The notes beneath the pieces are model-generated. The model saw only the letters and a program-made list of their open reading frames with translations, ran no database searches and was not told where the DNA came from. Source: Anaeromyxobacteraceae bacterium (GTDB taxonomy: Bacteria; Myxococcota; Myxococcia; Myxococcales; Anaeromyxobacteraceae). From it: a stretch of 64,000 nt of DNA. A program made the translations under genes and the position numbers. Positions 44,205 through 55,295 of the stretch are shown in pieces. The stretch spans positions 1,536,001-1,600,000 of the forward strand of contig JASGHJ010000002.1 of NCBI GenBank assembly GCA_047602405.1, in the 5' to 3' direction. Position 1 is the first letter of the stretch. Every line of letters begins with the position of its first letter.

Positions 44205-46492
44205 ATGGATGCACGAAAGTGGCTTTCCACGGTGGGCGGCGGGGTCCGCGCCGCGTTCGTCGAGAACCGGTCGAATCCTCTCCATGGAGGAGTGGCTGAA
44301 GGTCTTCCTGGACGACCCCCGCCGACAGGCCCGGGGCGCCGCCCAGTACCTCAGGGACGTGTTCGACCACTACGGCTCCGAGGAGCGCGAGACCCCGGTC
44401 GGCCGGGTCCGGCGCTGGGCGTCTTTCGATCTGCCGTTCGAGCCGGGCGCCCGGGCGCAGCGGGTGGCGGGCCAGGAGGAGGTCCAGGCCGCCATCTACC
44501 GCGCGCTCGGCGGCTTCGTGCGCTCGGGCCGGGTGGACCGGCTTATCCTGCTCCACGGGCCGAACGGCTCGGCGAAGTCGTCCATCGTCGGGGCGATCCT
44601 GAAGGCGATGGAGCACTACTCCCACGAGAAGGAGGGTGCGCTCTACCGGTTCCACTGGGTCTTCCCGAGCGACCGGACGCTGAAGGGCGGCGGGCTGGGC
44701 TTCGGCGGCGGCGCGCGGAGCGGGGAGGGCGACCTCGTCACCTTCGCGCACCTCGACGGCGACGCGCTCGACGCGCGCCTGTCCTGTCCGATGAAGGACC
44801 ACCCGCTCCTGCTCGTCCCGAAGCCGGCGCGCCGGAAGCTCCTCGAGGAGGCCTGCCGGCCGTCGGGCAGGGAGGGCGCGGGCGCGGCCGGGGCTGCCCC
44901 ACCCGAGGCACAGCCCGACTTCGTGCTGGCCGAGCACCTGCTCGAGGGCGAGCCGTGCCACTGCTGCCGCCGAATCCACGACGCGCTCCTCGGCGCCTAC
45001 CAGGGCGACTGGCTGAAGGTCATGCGCCACGTCCAGGTGGAGCGGTTCTACGTGTCGGCGCGGTACCAGCAGGCCGCCTCCACGGTCGAGCCCCAGCTCA
45101 CCGTCGACGCGGGGGCCCGGCAGGTGACCGCCGACCGGAGCACGGCCGCGCTGCCTCCGGCGCTCCACGCCCTCTCGCTCGTCGAGCCGAACGGGCCGCT
45201 CGTCGCCGGCAACCGCGGCGTCATCGAGTACTCCGATCTGCTGAAGCGCCCGCTCGAGCACTTCAAGTACCTGCTCGGCGCGAGCGAGACCGCCAAGGTC
45301 TCCCTCGACGCCTTCGTGCTGCAGCTCGACCTCGTGCTCATCGCGAGCGCGAACGAGAAGCAGCTCGCGGCCTTCAAGGAGTCGCACGAGTTCGCCTCCT
45401 TCAAGGGGCGGCTCGAGCTCGTGCGCGTGCCGTACCTCCGGCGCGCGTCGGTGGAGCAGGAAATCTACGACCGGCAGATCACGCCCGCCGCGGTGGGCAA
45501 GCACGTCGCGCCCCACGCGACCGCGGTGGCGGCGCTCTGGGCGGTGCTCACCCGCCTGAAGCGCCCGATCCCGGAGCGCTACACCGGGGAGCTCCGCGCC
45601 CTCGTGGGGGAGCTCGCGCCGCTCGAGAAGCTCCGGCTCTACGACGCCGGCGCCGCGCCCGACCGGCTGACCCTCGCGCAGGCCCGGCTGCTCCGGTCGC
45701 ACTCGACGGACCTCTACCGCGAGTCGGACGTCTACCCTGCGTACGAGGGCCGCAGCGGCGCCTCCGCCCGCGAGGTCAAGACCGCGCTCCTGCACGCCGC
45801 GCAGGCGACGGCCACGCGCTGCCTCACGCCCGTCGCGGTGCTCGAGGAGCTCCAGGCGCTCTGCCGCGACAAGACCGTCCACGACTTCCTGCAGCAGGAG
45901 GTGGTCGAGGGCTACCACGACCACGAGGAGTTCGTGCGGGTCGCCGAGGCCCGGTACCTCGACACCATCGACGAGGAGATCCGCGACTCGATGGGGCTCG
46001 TGACCGAGGGGCAGTACCGCGAGCTCTTCGGCCGCTACGCCGCGCTCGTCTCGAGCTGGCTCAAGGGCGAGAAGGTCCAGAACCGGGTGACCGGCGCCCA
46101 CGAGCCGCCCGACGAGGGGCGGATGACCGAGTTCGAGGGCATCGTGATGCCGCCGGGCGAGGACCGGGGCGCGTTCCGCCGAGGCCTCGTCTCGGCCATC
46201 GGCGCCTTCCGGCTCGACCACCCGGACGCGAAGGAGATCGACTACGTCGCGATCTTCCCCGACCTCTTCCGCCGGCTGCGCGAGCACACCTACGAGGAGC
46301 GCAAGCGGCAGATCCGCCGGACCCGCGAGGACGTGCTCCGGTACCTCTCCGACGAGCGCGACCGCCTCGAGGAGAAGGCGCGGCGCCACGTCGAGGAGAC
46401 CGTCCGGCGGATGCGCGACCGCTACGGCTACTGCGAGCACTGCGCCCAGGACGCGCTGCCTCTTCCTGATGCGCAGGAGGTACGACGGGTAG
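44205..46492 (+). CDS. PrkA/YeaG-family AAA+ protein (apparent frameshifts at ~44274 and ~46460)
   Basis: LLHGPNGSAKSS, CPMKDHPL, GNRGVIEYSDLLKRP, VPYL, GASARE and YGYCEHCA motifs. Confidence 0.88.
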
Positions 46493-46540
46493 GCCCCCGG
46501 CCCGGGAATGGCGGGCGGGCGCCCCCGTGTTCGCGAGGAC

Positions 46541-47377
46541 GTGCGAAAGCCCAGCCCCCGCCAGCGCCCCCCCGGGCGCCCGCTCGCCCGTCTGCTCGCC
46601 GTCGTCCTCGCGTTCCTCCCCGCCGCGGCCCTCGCCGCGAACCCCCGCTCCAGCACCGTCCACCGGGTCTTCCCGAGCGCGGTCCGGGTCCAGGTGCTCG
46701 CCGGCGGCAAGGTGGTGCGCTCCGCCTCCGGCATCGCCTTCGCCCGGGAGGGCGAGCGCACGGCGGTCCTCACGAACGCGCACGTGGTGGAGCCCGCGCC
46801 GGGCGGGACGGCCATCGAGGTCCGCGTCCTCCTCGAGGGACGGGAGCCGGTCCCGGCCCGCCTCCTCGCCGCGGGGCAGGTCGAGGTGAACGACCTCGCC
46901 GTGCTCGAGGTGTCGCTCCCGCTCCCGGTGACGCCGCTCGCGCCGGACGAGGCCCTCGAGCTCGGCGACGACCTCGTCGTGATCGGCGCGCCGTTCGGCA
47001 AGGGGCTCTCGGTCGCGGCCGGCATCGTCTCGCAGGTCGAGTACGAGCTCGCCGAGAACGCGGCGGCGCCGCGGCGCCCGCGTGCGCTCAAGACCGACGC
47101 GGCCATCGGCTACGGGAGCTCCGGCGGCGGGGTCTTCGACGTCCCGGCCGGCCGCCTCGTGGGGCTCGTGGAGGGCTACCGCACGGCGCGCGTGGCGTTC
47201 GGGAAGGACCCGGACCGCTACGCGTTCGACGTGCCGATGCCCGGCGAGACCTTCGTGGCCCCGGCCGCGAAGATCCGCGGGTTCCTGAGGGCGCAGGGCC
47301 TGGGACGGCTCGCAGGCGACGGGCCGACCGGCCCCGCCGGCGGGCTCGCCGTGCCGGCGGCGACCACGGGGATGTGA
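46541..47377 (+). CDS. Exported trypsin-like (S1) serine protease
   Basis: TNAHVV, DLAVL and TDAAIGYGSSGGG triad motifs. Confidence 0.9.
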   Translation: MRKPSPRQRPPGRPLARLLAVVLAFLPAAALAANPRSSTVHRVFPSAVRVQVLAGGKVVRSASGIAFAREGERTAVLTNAHVVEPAPGGTAIEVRVLLEGREPVPARLLAAGQVEVNDLAVLEVSLPLPVTPLAPDEALELGDDLVVIGAPFGKGLSVAAGIVSQVEYELAENAAAPRRPRALKTDAAIGYGSSGGGVFDVPAGRLVGLVEGYRTARVAFGKDPDRYAFDVPMPGETFVAPAAKIRGFLRAQGLGRLAGDGPTGPAGGLAVPAATTGM

Positions 47378-47405
47378 GGGTCGGCCCCGCGCGCCCGCGG
47401 GCGCG

Positions 47406-47963
47406 CTACTTGCCCGGGGGCGTCGCGCCGCCCGGCGAGGTCGGCCCGGCGGGCGTCGCCGGCCCCGAAGGAGGCGTCGCACCGGAGCCGGTGGCGTCGG
47501 GCGTGGCCGGCCCGGCCCCGCCGGACGGGCCGGTGCCCTGGGCGGGCGTCGAGGGCGTCCGGGTGTTGCCCGCCGGCCGGATCTGGACCCAGTAGGCGAC
47601 CGAGACCGCGTTTCGCCCCGCGCGGATCGGCTGCCCGGGGGCGATGTCGAGCACGGAGCCCAGGCCGCCCTGCGTGTAGACGAGGGTGTTCCGGTCGAGG
47701 CCCAGGGAGACCGGGCCCTTCGCGGTCGTGAGCTCGACGTGCCGGGTCTGGCGGTCGACGGAGACCACGGTGCCGGTCACCTCCTCGAGCACGGTGGCGG
47801 GGGAGGGCTTCTTCTGGCCGAGGTCGACGTCCCCGGGCTTCCCGTCGGGCGCCTTCTCACCGAGCTGGCGCTCGGGCGGCTTGCCGCCTCCGGATGCAGC
47901 GAGCTGGTCCGACGGTGCAGCCGACGCCGCGAGGAGCGCGATCGAGAACGCCACGGTGAGCAT
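47406..47963 (-). CDS. Exported hypothetical protein (OB-fold-like core, Pro/Gly/Thr tail)
   Basis: Signal peptide; VTGTVVSVD...DIAPGQPIR; TATGAT 7 nt before the ATG. Confidence 0.7.
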   Translation of the reverse strand: MLTVAFSIALLAASAAPSDQLAASGGGKPPERQLGEKAPDGKPGDVDLGQKKPSPATVLEEVTGTVVSVDRQTRHVELTTAKGPVSLGLDRNTLVYTQGGLGSVLDIAPGQPIRAGRNAVSVAYWVQIRPAGNTRTPSTPAQGTGPSGGAGPATPDATGSGATPPSGPATPAGPTSPGGATPPGK

Positions 47964-48050
47964 GGCGGGCATCATAACTCCGAGTACGGCTCTTGGCCGT
48001 CGGACGCCCCTGATAAGTTTCGTTGCTCCATCCTTACCCGAGGGGTGTCC

Positions 48051-48536
48051 ATGGACGAGCGCGTCAGCTGGGACGAGTACTTCATGAACATCGCGCGCGT
48101 GGCCGCGACGCGCGCCACCTGCGACAGGAAGCACGTCGGCGCGGTGCTCGTGCGGGACAAGACCATCCTGTCCACCGGCTACAACGGCTCCATCCGTGGC
48201 CTCCCGCACTGCACCGAGGTGGGCCACATGATGGAGGACGGCCACTGCGTCGCGACGGTGCACGCGGAGGCGAACGCCATCCTCCAGGCGGCGAAGAACG
48301 GCGTCGCGATCGACGGCTTCACCTGCTACACGACCGCCTCGCCCTGCTGGCCCTGCTTCAAGCTCATCGCGAACTCGGGCTGCCGGCGGATCGTCTTCGG
48401 CGAGTTCTACCGGGACGCGCGCATCTTCGAGTACGCGCAGAAGCTCGGCATCGAGCTCGTCGAGCTGAAGGTGCCGGCCCGGCCGGACGTGCAGCCCGCC
48501 GACACCGGCCAGCCGCAGCGGGTCACCGGGAAGTGA
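48051..48536 (+). CDS. dCMP deaminase (ComEB family)
   Basis: SWDEYFM, RATC, VGAV, TGYNG, HAEANAI and PCWPC motifs. Confidence 0.95.
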   Translation: MDERVSWDEYFMNIARVAATRATCDRKHVGAVLVRDKTILSTGYNGSIRGLPHCTEVGHMMEDGHCVATVHAEANAILQAAKNGVAIDGFTCYTTASPCWPCFKLIANSGCRRIVFGEFYRDARIFEYAQKLGIELVELKVPARPDVQPADTGQPQRVTGK

Positions 48537-48558
48537 GCGCGGCGGCGCGCCGCGCCGG

Positions 48559-49980
48559 TCACGGGGCAGTGAGCGGGCGCACGAGCTCCGCCCCCACAAC
48601 GGCCGCGTTCGCGGCCCGCCGGGCGACGAGCATGGCCTCGCGCTGGCGCAGCTTCACGTAGGCGGCCTGTCGATCCGGCGGCACCGGGTCCGGGTAGGCC
48701 GCGAGCTCGGCGCGGGCCGCCGCGAGCGCCCGGTCGACCGCCACGACGCGGATGGCGGGCTTGCGGTCCGGCTCGCGCCTGGGATCGATCTCGGCCGTGT
48801 CGTTCTCGGTCCAGAGCGGCACGCAGTCCGCGCCCGCGAGCACCGTGCGGACGACCCCGTGGCCGAGGTCGCGCTTCTCGATCCCGAAGCGCAGGAGCGC
48901 GCCGTCGCGCGGCGCGCCCACCTCGTCGGGGGTGACGCCGTACACGTAGCGCCGCGACTGGTTCGACACGAAGTTCCCGAGCGAGTAGGCCACGAGGGCC
49001 GTGCCGCCGTCCGGCCGGGGGAGGAGCTCCACCGGCTGCAGGACGTGCGGGTGGTGGCCGATGACCACGAGCGCCCCGGCCTCGACGAGCCGGCGCGCGA
49101 GCTCGACGTCCTCGGCGCGGGGCTGCGCGTCGTACTCGACGCCCCAGTGGACGGAGACCAGCACCGCGTCCGCGGCGGCGGCCGCGGCGCGGACGTCCTC
49201 GGGGGCGCGCGCGCGGTCGAGCAGCGAGGCCTGCAGGCAGTCGGGCCGCTGCGTCTCCGGGGGCGGCGCCCCCGCCCCGCCGGTCCCGAGCCCGTCGAGG
49301 GATCGTCGGGGCCCCACCCCCGGCTTGGGCGGGCACTCGTTGCCGGACTGGTTGAACCCGTAGGCGTAGGCGAGGATCGCGATCCGCAGGCCGTTCACCT
49401 CGAGGATCGTCGGCCCGGCGCTGCGGCCCGCCGGGCCGGCGCCGACGGGGCGGAGGCCGGCGGCCGGGACGCGCTCGAGGGTCTCCTCGAAGCCGGCGCG
49501 GCCCTGATCGAAGGCGTGGTTGTTCGTGACGGAGACGACGTCGACGCCCGCGTGCGCGAGCGCCGCGGCCGCGGCGACCGGCGCGTTGAACATGAACTCC
49601 CGCGTGCCGACGTTCGCGGTGGGCGCGACGGGCGTCTCGAGGTTCGCGAACATCACGTCGGGCCCGGCGAGGAGGTCGGCGATGGGCGCGAGGACCCAGG
49701 CGTAGCCGTCGTCGGGCGCGCCGGCGCCGTGGACCGCCGCGGTCCGCTTGATCGCCTCCTGGATCATCACGTCGCCCGTGGCGCCGAACGTGACGCGCGC
49801 GAGCGTGCGGACCTCCGGGGCGGTGACCTTGGGGTGCACCGTGCCGCCGTGCGCGGGGAGGGCCGAAGGGCCCTCCCGGGGGGGCGAGGGCGCCGGCGGC
49901 CGCGGCGCCGTGGCGCACGCCATGGAAAGGACGGAAAGGACGGAAAGAAGGACGAACAGGTGGCTGAGCTTCCGGGTCAC
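48559..49980 (-). CDS. CapA-family metallophosphatase-like lipoprotein
   Basis: Lipobox-like SMAC; GDVM, NLETP, NNHAFD, HWGVEY, GHHPHV and YSLGNF motifs. Confidence 0.9.
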   Translation of the reverse strand: MTRKLSHLFVLLSVLSVLSMACATAPRPPAPSPPREGPSALPAHGGTVHPKVTAPEVRTLARVTFGATGDVMIQEAIKRTAAVHGAGAPDDGYAWVLAPIADLLAGPDVMFANLETPVAPTANVGTREFMFNAPVAAAAALAHAGVDVVSVTNNHAFDQGRAGFEETLERVPAAGLRPVGAGPAGRSAGPTILEVNGLRIAILAYAYGFNQSGNECPPKPGVGPRRSLDGLGTGGAGAPPPETQRPDCLQASLLDRARAPEDVRAAAAAADAVLVSVHWGVEYDAQPRAEDVELARRLVEAGALVVIGHHPHVLQPVELLPRPDGGTALVAYSLGNFVSNQSRRYVYGVTPDEVGAPRDGALLRFGIEKRDLGHGVVRTVLAGADCVPLWTENDTAEIDPRREPDRKPAIRVVAVDRALAAARAELAAYPDPVPPDRQAAYVKLRQREAMLVARRAANAAVVGAELVRPLTAP

Positions 49981-50055
49981 GGGTGGAAAGATGATAACGG
50001 CCTCTCCGGGTGGGGTTGAAAAAATGGGAGGCCATGTCCATCTCGGACACCCCGG

Positions 50056-50727
50056 ATGGCCATCCCAGCGCGCGACGCGGCCCGCCTCGAAGGCGGCAGC
50101 ACCCCGGACGGTGCGGCTCGATCGCTCGAGCACGCCCTCAGGTCGGAGGCCCTGGCCACCGTGGCCGCAGGCGTGGCGCACGACGTGAAGAACCCGCTCA
50201 ACGCGATGGCCCTGCAGGTCGCGCTCCTGGGCGAGAAGCTCGGCGACGCCGCCAACGCGGCGGGGCACCTCGCCGCGATCCGGGAGCAGATCGGGCGGGT
50301 CAACGAGGTGGTGCGGCGGCTCCTCGACGTCGTCGACCCCTCGGGTCCCCTGGGGCTCGACGTGGGCGCGCTGCTCCGCGACGCGGCCGCCCTGCTCGGG
50401 CACGAGGCGCGGCGGCGCCGGGTGGCCGTCCAGCTCGTGGTGCCCGACGGGGCGGTGCGGTGCGGCGGTGATCCGGCCCGCATCGGGCGGCTCGTGCTCG
50501 CGGTGGTCGCCGCCACCGTGGCGGACGTCCCGGACGACGGCCGCGTGGAGGTCCGGGTCCGGCGCGAGGGCCGCGAGGTCCTGGTCGAGCTCGCGCGGTC
50601 GGGCGGCGCGCCCGGGCCGGGGCTCACCGCGCTCGCCGCGGCGGAGCCGGGCGGCGCCCTCGCGATCCACGAGGGCGCCGAGGGCGTCGTGATCACGATC
50701 GGATTCGAGGGGGAGGAGCGGCCATGA
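50056..50727 (+). CDS. Sensorless histidine kinase-like protein with degenerate ATPase domain
   Basis: H-box AHDVKNPL; no recognisable N/G1/G2 boxes. Confidence 0.72.
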   Translation: MAIPARDAARLEGGSTPDGAARSLEHALRSEALATVAAGVAHDVKNPLNAMALQVALLGEKLGDAANAAGHLAAIREQIGRVNEVVRRLLDVVDPSGPLGLDVGALLRDAAALLGHEARRRRVAVQLVVPDGAVRCGGDPARIGRLVLAVVAATVADVPDDGRVEVRVRREGREVLVELARSGGAPGPGLTALAAAEPGGALAIHEGAEGVVITIGFEGEERP

Positions 50728-52117
50728 GCTTCCGGGTCCTCATCGTGGACGACGAGCCGGACAGCCTGACCGCCCTCGCGGAGCTCTGCCAGCGCTGGGG
50801 CTACGAGGTGCAGACGGCGGGCGACGGGCACGAGGCGCTCCGGCGCGCCATCGAGCGCCACCCCGACGTGATCCTCACCGACCTCGTCATGCCCAACATG
50901 GACGGGCTCTTCCTCCTGCGCGCGCTCCGGGCGGAGCTGCCGGACTCGGCGGTGGTCCTCCTCACCGGGCGGGGGACCATCCAGACCGCCGTCCAGGCGA
51001 TCAAGGAGGGCGCGTACGACTTCATCGAGAAGCCGCTCGAGGTGGCGCGGCTGCGGCTCGTGCTCGAGCGGGCCCTCGAGAAGAAGGAGACGCTGCGCGA
51101 GGTCCAGGTGCTGCGCCGGCGGCTCGCCGCGCTCGCGCCGGGCACGGAGGTGATCGGCTCGGGCCCCGCGATGCGGAAGGTGTTCGACCTCGTGCAGCGG
51201 GTCGCCTCCTCGAACGCGAGCGTCGTCATCACCGGCGAGAGCGGGACCGGGAAGGAGGTCGTGGCGCGCGCCATCCACAACCTCTCCCCGCGCAAGGAGA
51301 AGGCCTTCGTCGCGCTCAACTGCTCGGCCATCCCCTCGACGCTCATCGAGTCGGAAGCTCTTCGGCTACGAGCGCGGCGCGTTCACCGGCGCGGAGCAGC
51401 GGCGGGTGGGGAACTTCGAGCTCGCCCACGGCGGGACGCTGTTCCTCGACGAGATTGGCGAGCTGCCGCTCGAGCTGCAGGCGAAGTTCCTGCGGGTCCT
51501 CGAGGAGCGGAAGATCCGGCGCCTGGGCGGGCGGTCGGAGGTGGACGTCGACGTGCGGGTGCTCTGCGCGACCAACCGCGATTCTCAAGGAGGAGGTCCG
51601 GGTGGGCCGCTTCCGCGAGGACCTCTTCTTCCGGCTGCAGGTCTTCTCGATCGTGCTCCCGCCGCTCAAGGACCGGCGGGAGGACGTCCCGCTCCTCGTC
51701 CACCACTTCATCGAGAAGTTCAACGCGGAGACCGGCAAGCACGTGCAGGGCGTCACCCCCGGCGCGCTGGCGGTCCTGCAGGGCTACGCCTGGCCCGGGA
51801 ACATCCGCGAGCTCCGCAACACCGTGGAGCGCGCGATGATCCTCTCGGACGGCGACGTGCTCGGCGAGGAGCACCTCCCGCCCGACATGCCGCTCGCCCG
51901 GGCCGAGACCGCGGTGCTGCGGGTGCCGCTCGGGCTCGAGCTCGACCAGGTGGAGCGGGAGTACATCCTCGCGTCGCTCCAGCGGAACGGCGGCAACAAG
52001 GCCCGCACCGCGGAGGCGCTCGGGATCAGCGAGAAGACGCTCTACAACAAGCTCAACCGGTACGCCTCCGAGGCCCGCGATTGCGCCGCCGGCGAGGCGG
52101 CGGGGGCGAAGGCCTGA
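50724..52117 (+). CDS. NtrC-family sigma54-dependent response regulator (apparent frameshifts at ~51356 and ~51582)
   Basis: REC (IVDDE, TDLVMP), [40 protein letters not shown] and Fis HTH, spread over three frames. Confidence 0.93.
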
Positions 52118-52142
52118 GCGTCACGGGGCGTGGCCCCCGTGC

Positions 52143-53444
52143 CTACGCGAGCGTCGGCGCGACCGCGACCCGGCCCCGGCCGGCGCGCTTCGCGGCGTAC
52201 AGCGCCGCGTCGGCCGCGCGCACCAGCGCCTCGGCGGAGACCCCGGTGCCGCCGGAGGGCAGGCACGCGACCCCGAACGACGCGCCGACGGTGACCCGCC
52301 GCTCGGCGAGCTCGAGCGACGCCGAGCCGAGCCGCGCGCAGATGCGCTCCGCGAGCACGCGCCCCTCCTCGGCGGTGGTGTGCGGCAGGAGCACCACGAA
52401 CTCGTCGCCGCCGTAGCGGGCGCCGAAGTCGGTCTCGCGGAGCTCCTCGCGGATGACCGCGGCCACCGCGGCGATGGCGCGGTCGCCGGCGGCGTGGCCG
52501 AGCGAGTCGTTGATGGGCTTCAGCTCGTCGAGGTCGGCCATCACGCAGGTGAGCGGGGTGAGGTAGCGGTGTGCCCGCTTGACCTCCTCGTCGACCCGGG
52601 CGCGGAACGCGCGCAGGTTCGCGAGGCCGGTGAGGGCGTCGGTCTGGGCGAGCGCCCGCAGCGCGGACTGGCTGCGCACGAAGCGCAGGGTCCGGTCGAC
52701 GCGCGCGCGGAGCTCGCGGTCGGAGAAGGGCTTCTGCAGGTAGTCGACCGCGCCGAGGTCGAGGCTGCGCACCTTGATGGCGTCGTCGCCTTGGCCGGAC
52801 ACGAAGAGCACCGGGATGTCCGCGGTGGAGGGGTCGGCGCGGAGGCGCTCGAGCACGCCCAGGCCGTCGAGCCGCGGCATGAAGAGATCGAGCAGCACGA
52901 CGTCGGGGCGCTCGTCCCGCGCGAGCTCGAGCGCCGTCTCGCCGTCGGGGGCGGCGAGGACCTCGTAGTCGGGCTCGAGCGCGAGCTGGAGCGCCTCGCG
53001 CGCGTCGAGCTCGTCGTCGGCGACGAGCAGGCGGGGGCGGGGGCCCACCGGCCGGGGCGCGCGGCGGGCCGGGCGCGCGTCGGTGGCGGGGCGCAGCGCC
53101 CGCTCGAGGTCCTCGGCGAGGCGCCGCAGCCGCGCGGCCTCGTCCTGGAGCGCCTGCTCCCCCGCCGCGCCGTCGGCGACGCCGCCGGCGAGGCGCTGCG
53201 CGGCGGCCGAGAGCTCGGCCGCCGCGGAGGCGACCAGCGCCTCCCGGCGGTGGCCCAGCTCGCGCAGGCGGCGGTTCGAGTCGGCGAGCTCGGTCAGGGC
53301 GGCGGGGAGGAGGACGCGCAGGCGCTCCGCGCGCGCCGCCGGCGGCAGCGCGGCGAGCCCCTCGAGCTCGGCGAGGAGCGCGGCGAGCGGGTCGGCGGCC
53401 GCGTCGGGCGCGGGCCGCGGGAGGCTGTCGGTCGGACCGCGCAT
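52143..53444 (-). CDS. Diguanylate cyclase response regulator (coiled-coil-REC-GGDEF)
   Basis: [25 protein letters not shown]-site and GGDEF. Confidence 0.92.
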   Translation of the reverse strand: MRGPTDSLPRPAPDAAADPLAALLAELEGLAALPPAARAERLRVLLPAALTELADSNRRLRELGHRREALVASAAAELSAAAQRLAGGVADGAAGEQALQDEAARLRRLAEDLERALRPATDARPARRAPRPVGPRPRLLVADDELDAREALQLALEPDYEVLAAPDGETALELARDERPDVVLLDLFMPRLDGLGVLERLRADPSTADIPVLFVSGQGDDAIKVRSLDLGAVDYLQKPFSDRELRARVDRTLRFVRSQSALRALAQTDALTGLANLRAFRARVDEEVKRAHRYLTPLTCVMADLDELKPINDSLGHAAGDRAIAAVAAVIREELRETDFGARYGGDEFVVLLPHTTAEEGRVLAERICARLGSASLELAERRVTVGASFGVACLPSGGTGVSAEALVRAADAALYAAKRAGRGRVAVAPTLA

Positions 53445-53584
53445 GGACGGCTCGGGTTCCCCCTGCAACATGGCGCCTGCCGTCCCCCTGGGCAGCAGGC
53501 CCGGGACAACGTACCGCCTGCCGCCTCGCCGGGTGAACCGCCGGACCACGGGACGCGGCGAGGGGATGGCGCTATACCGGGGGC

Positions 53585-53809
53585 ATGCCGGAGACCGTCG
53601 AGATCTACGGGAAGGACACCTGTGGCTACACCAGCGCCGCACGTGCGGACTACGCCGCCCGCGGTCGCCAGGTCACCTACTTCAACGTGAAGAAGGACCC
53701 CGCGGCGATGAAGCGGTTCCTCGAGCTCTCGGGGGGCGACCGCCGGGTGCCGCTCATCGTGGAGCGGGGCCGGATCTCCATCGGGTTCGACGGGACCTGA
53801 ACGGTCTAG
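53585..53809 (+). CDS. Glutaredoxin-like UXX-star selenoprotein
   Basis: IYGKDTCGYT...RRVPLIV..IGFDGT, then TGA-ACG-GTC-TAG (U-T-V-stop). Confidence 0.8.
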
Positions 53810-53810
53810 C

Positions 53811-53828
53811 CGCTCCCGGTCGGGAGCG
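53811..53828 (+). promoter_or_regulatory. Candidate bacterial SECIS element
   Basis: CGCTCCC-GGTC-GGGAGCG hairpin with a G-first loop, 10 nt after the in-frame TGA. Confidence 0.65.
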
Positions 53829-53846
53829 TCGCCTCGGGGGGAGGGC

Positions 53847-54575
53847 TCAGTTCCGGCCGTAGAGCGCGCGGCGGTTGCCGCGCATGCTCGGGCCGAGCGG
53901 CGTCGGCGGCCGCTCGAGGTGGAACTGGAACCACTCGTTGCCGTACGTCTTGCCGAGCTTCAGCTTCTTGCCGTTCTGCAGGGTCTGCAGCGTCGAGGCG
54001 AGGCGCTCGTCCTTCGGGAGGACCGTGGCGCCGCGGCCGGCCACCTTGATCGCCTCGTCGTGGCGCCCGGCGTCCTCCAGGATCCACGCGTACACGCTCC
54101 AGAGCAGGCTCTCCTTCTTCGACACCTTCGCGGCCTCCTCGAGTGCGGCGACGGCGCCCTGCACGTCCTTCTTCTTGTAGCGCGCGGCGGCGAGCATCCC
54201 GCGCGGCACCCACTGGCGCACCCAGCTCTTCTCGAGGTGCGGCGTGGCCGCGTCGAAGTCGCCCTTCACGTAGAGGATCTGGCCGATGGCCGCGTGGAGC
54301 TGGGCGCCGGTCAGGAACTGCCAGCGCTCGAATGCGAAGCCGGTCTTGAGGACGGCGATCGCCTTGTCGAAGCGCGGGGGCTGGACCGAGAGCTCCTTCT
54401 GCATCTCCTCGAAGACGCGCTCGAGCTGCTTCCCGGAGCGGCGGGCGAGCAGGATGTACGCGGCGACGCCCGCGACGAGCGCCGGGACGATGGCGGCGAC
54501 CCACCCGAAGCCACCGAGGGCCACGGCGGCGGCGACGACGACGGTGATCGCGAGGCTGATGAGGAGGTTGTACAT
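53847..54575 (-). CDS. Membrane-anchored TPR protein
   Basis: Two N-terminal TM helices; TPR-like helices; WFQFHLE. Confidence 0.8.
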   Translation of the reverse strand: MYNLLISLAITVVVAAAVALGGFGWVAAIVPALVAGVAAYILLARRSGKQLERVFEEMQKELSVQPPRFDKAIAVLKTGFAFERWQFLTGAQLHAAIGQILYVKGDFDAATPHLEKSWVRQWVPRGMLAAARYKKKDVQGAVAALEEAAKVSKKESLLWSVYAWILEDAGRHDEAIKVAGRGATVLPKDERLASTLQTLQNGKKLKLGKTYGNEWFQFHLERPPTPLGPSMRGNRRALYGRN

Positions 54576-54654
54576 GGCGGGTGGGTACCGATACACGCGC
54601 CCGGGAGGGACCGGCAAGGCAAAATGGACCGGCGCCGGGACCCGGGGTCTGTTG

Positions 54655-54739
<85 letters not shown>

Positions 54740-54860
54740 TCGGGGCGCGACCCTACCACGGAAACCCGCGAAAACGATTGAGCAGGCGCCGGTGCGGCTA
54801 TAGCCTTGGGGGGCGCAATTGAGCGCCCAATCAAAGCAAAGCATTGCCGGGAGTCCCCCC

Positions 54861-55238
54861 ATGGCCCGCACCGCCGCGTCACCCTCGATCGACGACATCG
54901 TCCGCGACGCCATGGAGGCGGTCGTGAAGAAGGCCTCCGTGTCCATCGCCCGCGCGGTGGCCGAGATGGCCGCCGCCCGCCTCTCCGAGGAGCTCGAGGT
55001 CGGCCTCTCGAAGACGAAGGGCGCGAAGGTCCGTCGCGCCGGCGGCCGCGCCGCCCGCCCGCCGCGCACCGAGATCACGAGGTGGATCGCCGATCGCCGC
55101 GCGCGCCGCGTCCCGAACTTCGTCATCGACGCGACCGGCCTCAAGACGAAGAAGGCGATCGTGGCGCGGTTCGGCGAGGACGCCGCGTTCGAAAAGGGGA
55201 AGCCGCTGCCGCCGAAGGCGAAGAACGCCTCCGCGTAG
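54861..55238 (+). CDS. Small basic hypothetical protein
   Basis: GGAG ribosome-binding site; helical N-terminus, basic linker, RWIADRRARRVPNFV. Confidence 0.78.
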   Translation: MARTAASPSIDDIVRDAMEAVVKKASVSIARAVAEMAAARLSEELEVGLSKTKGAKVRRAGGRAARPPRTEITRWIADRRARRVPNFVIDATGLKTKKAIVARFGEDAAFEKGKPLPPKAKNASA

Positions 55239-55295
55239 CCGGGAGCGGCGCGGCCGGGGGCCCGCCCGTCCCGACGAGGTCGAGGGACGGTCGGG

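Noticed and set aside
48051..48536. Deaminase as an anti-phage dCTP-depletion system
   Set aside because: Short ComEB-type enzyme with no kinase domain and no defence-island context.
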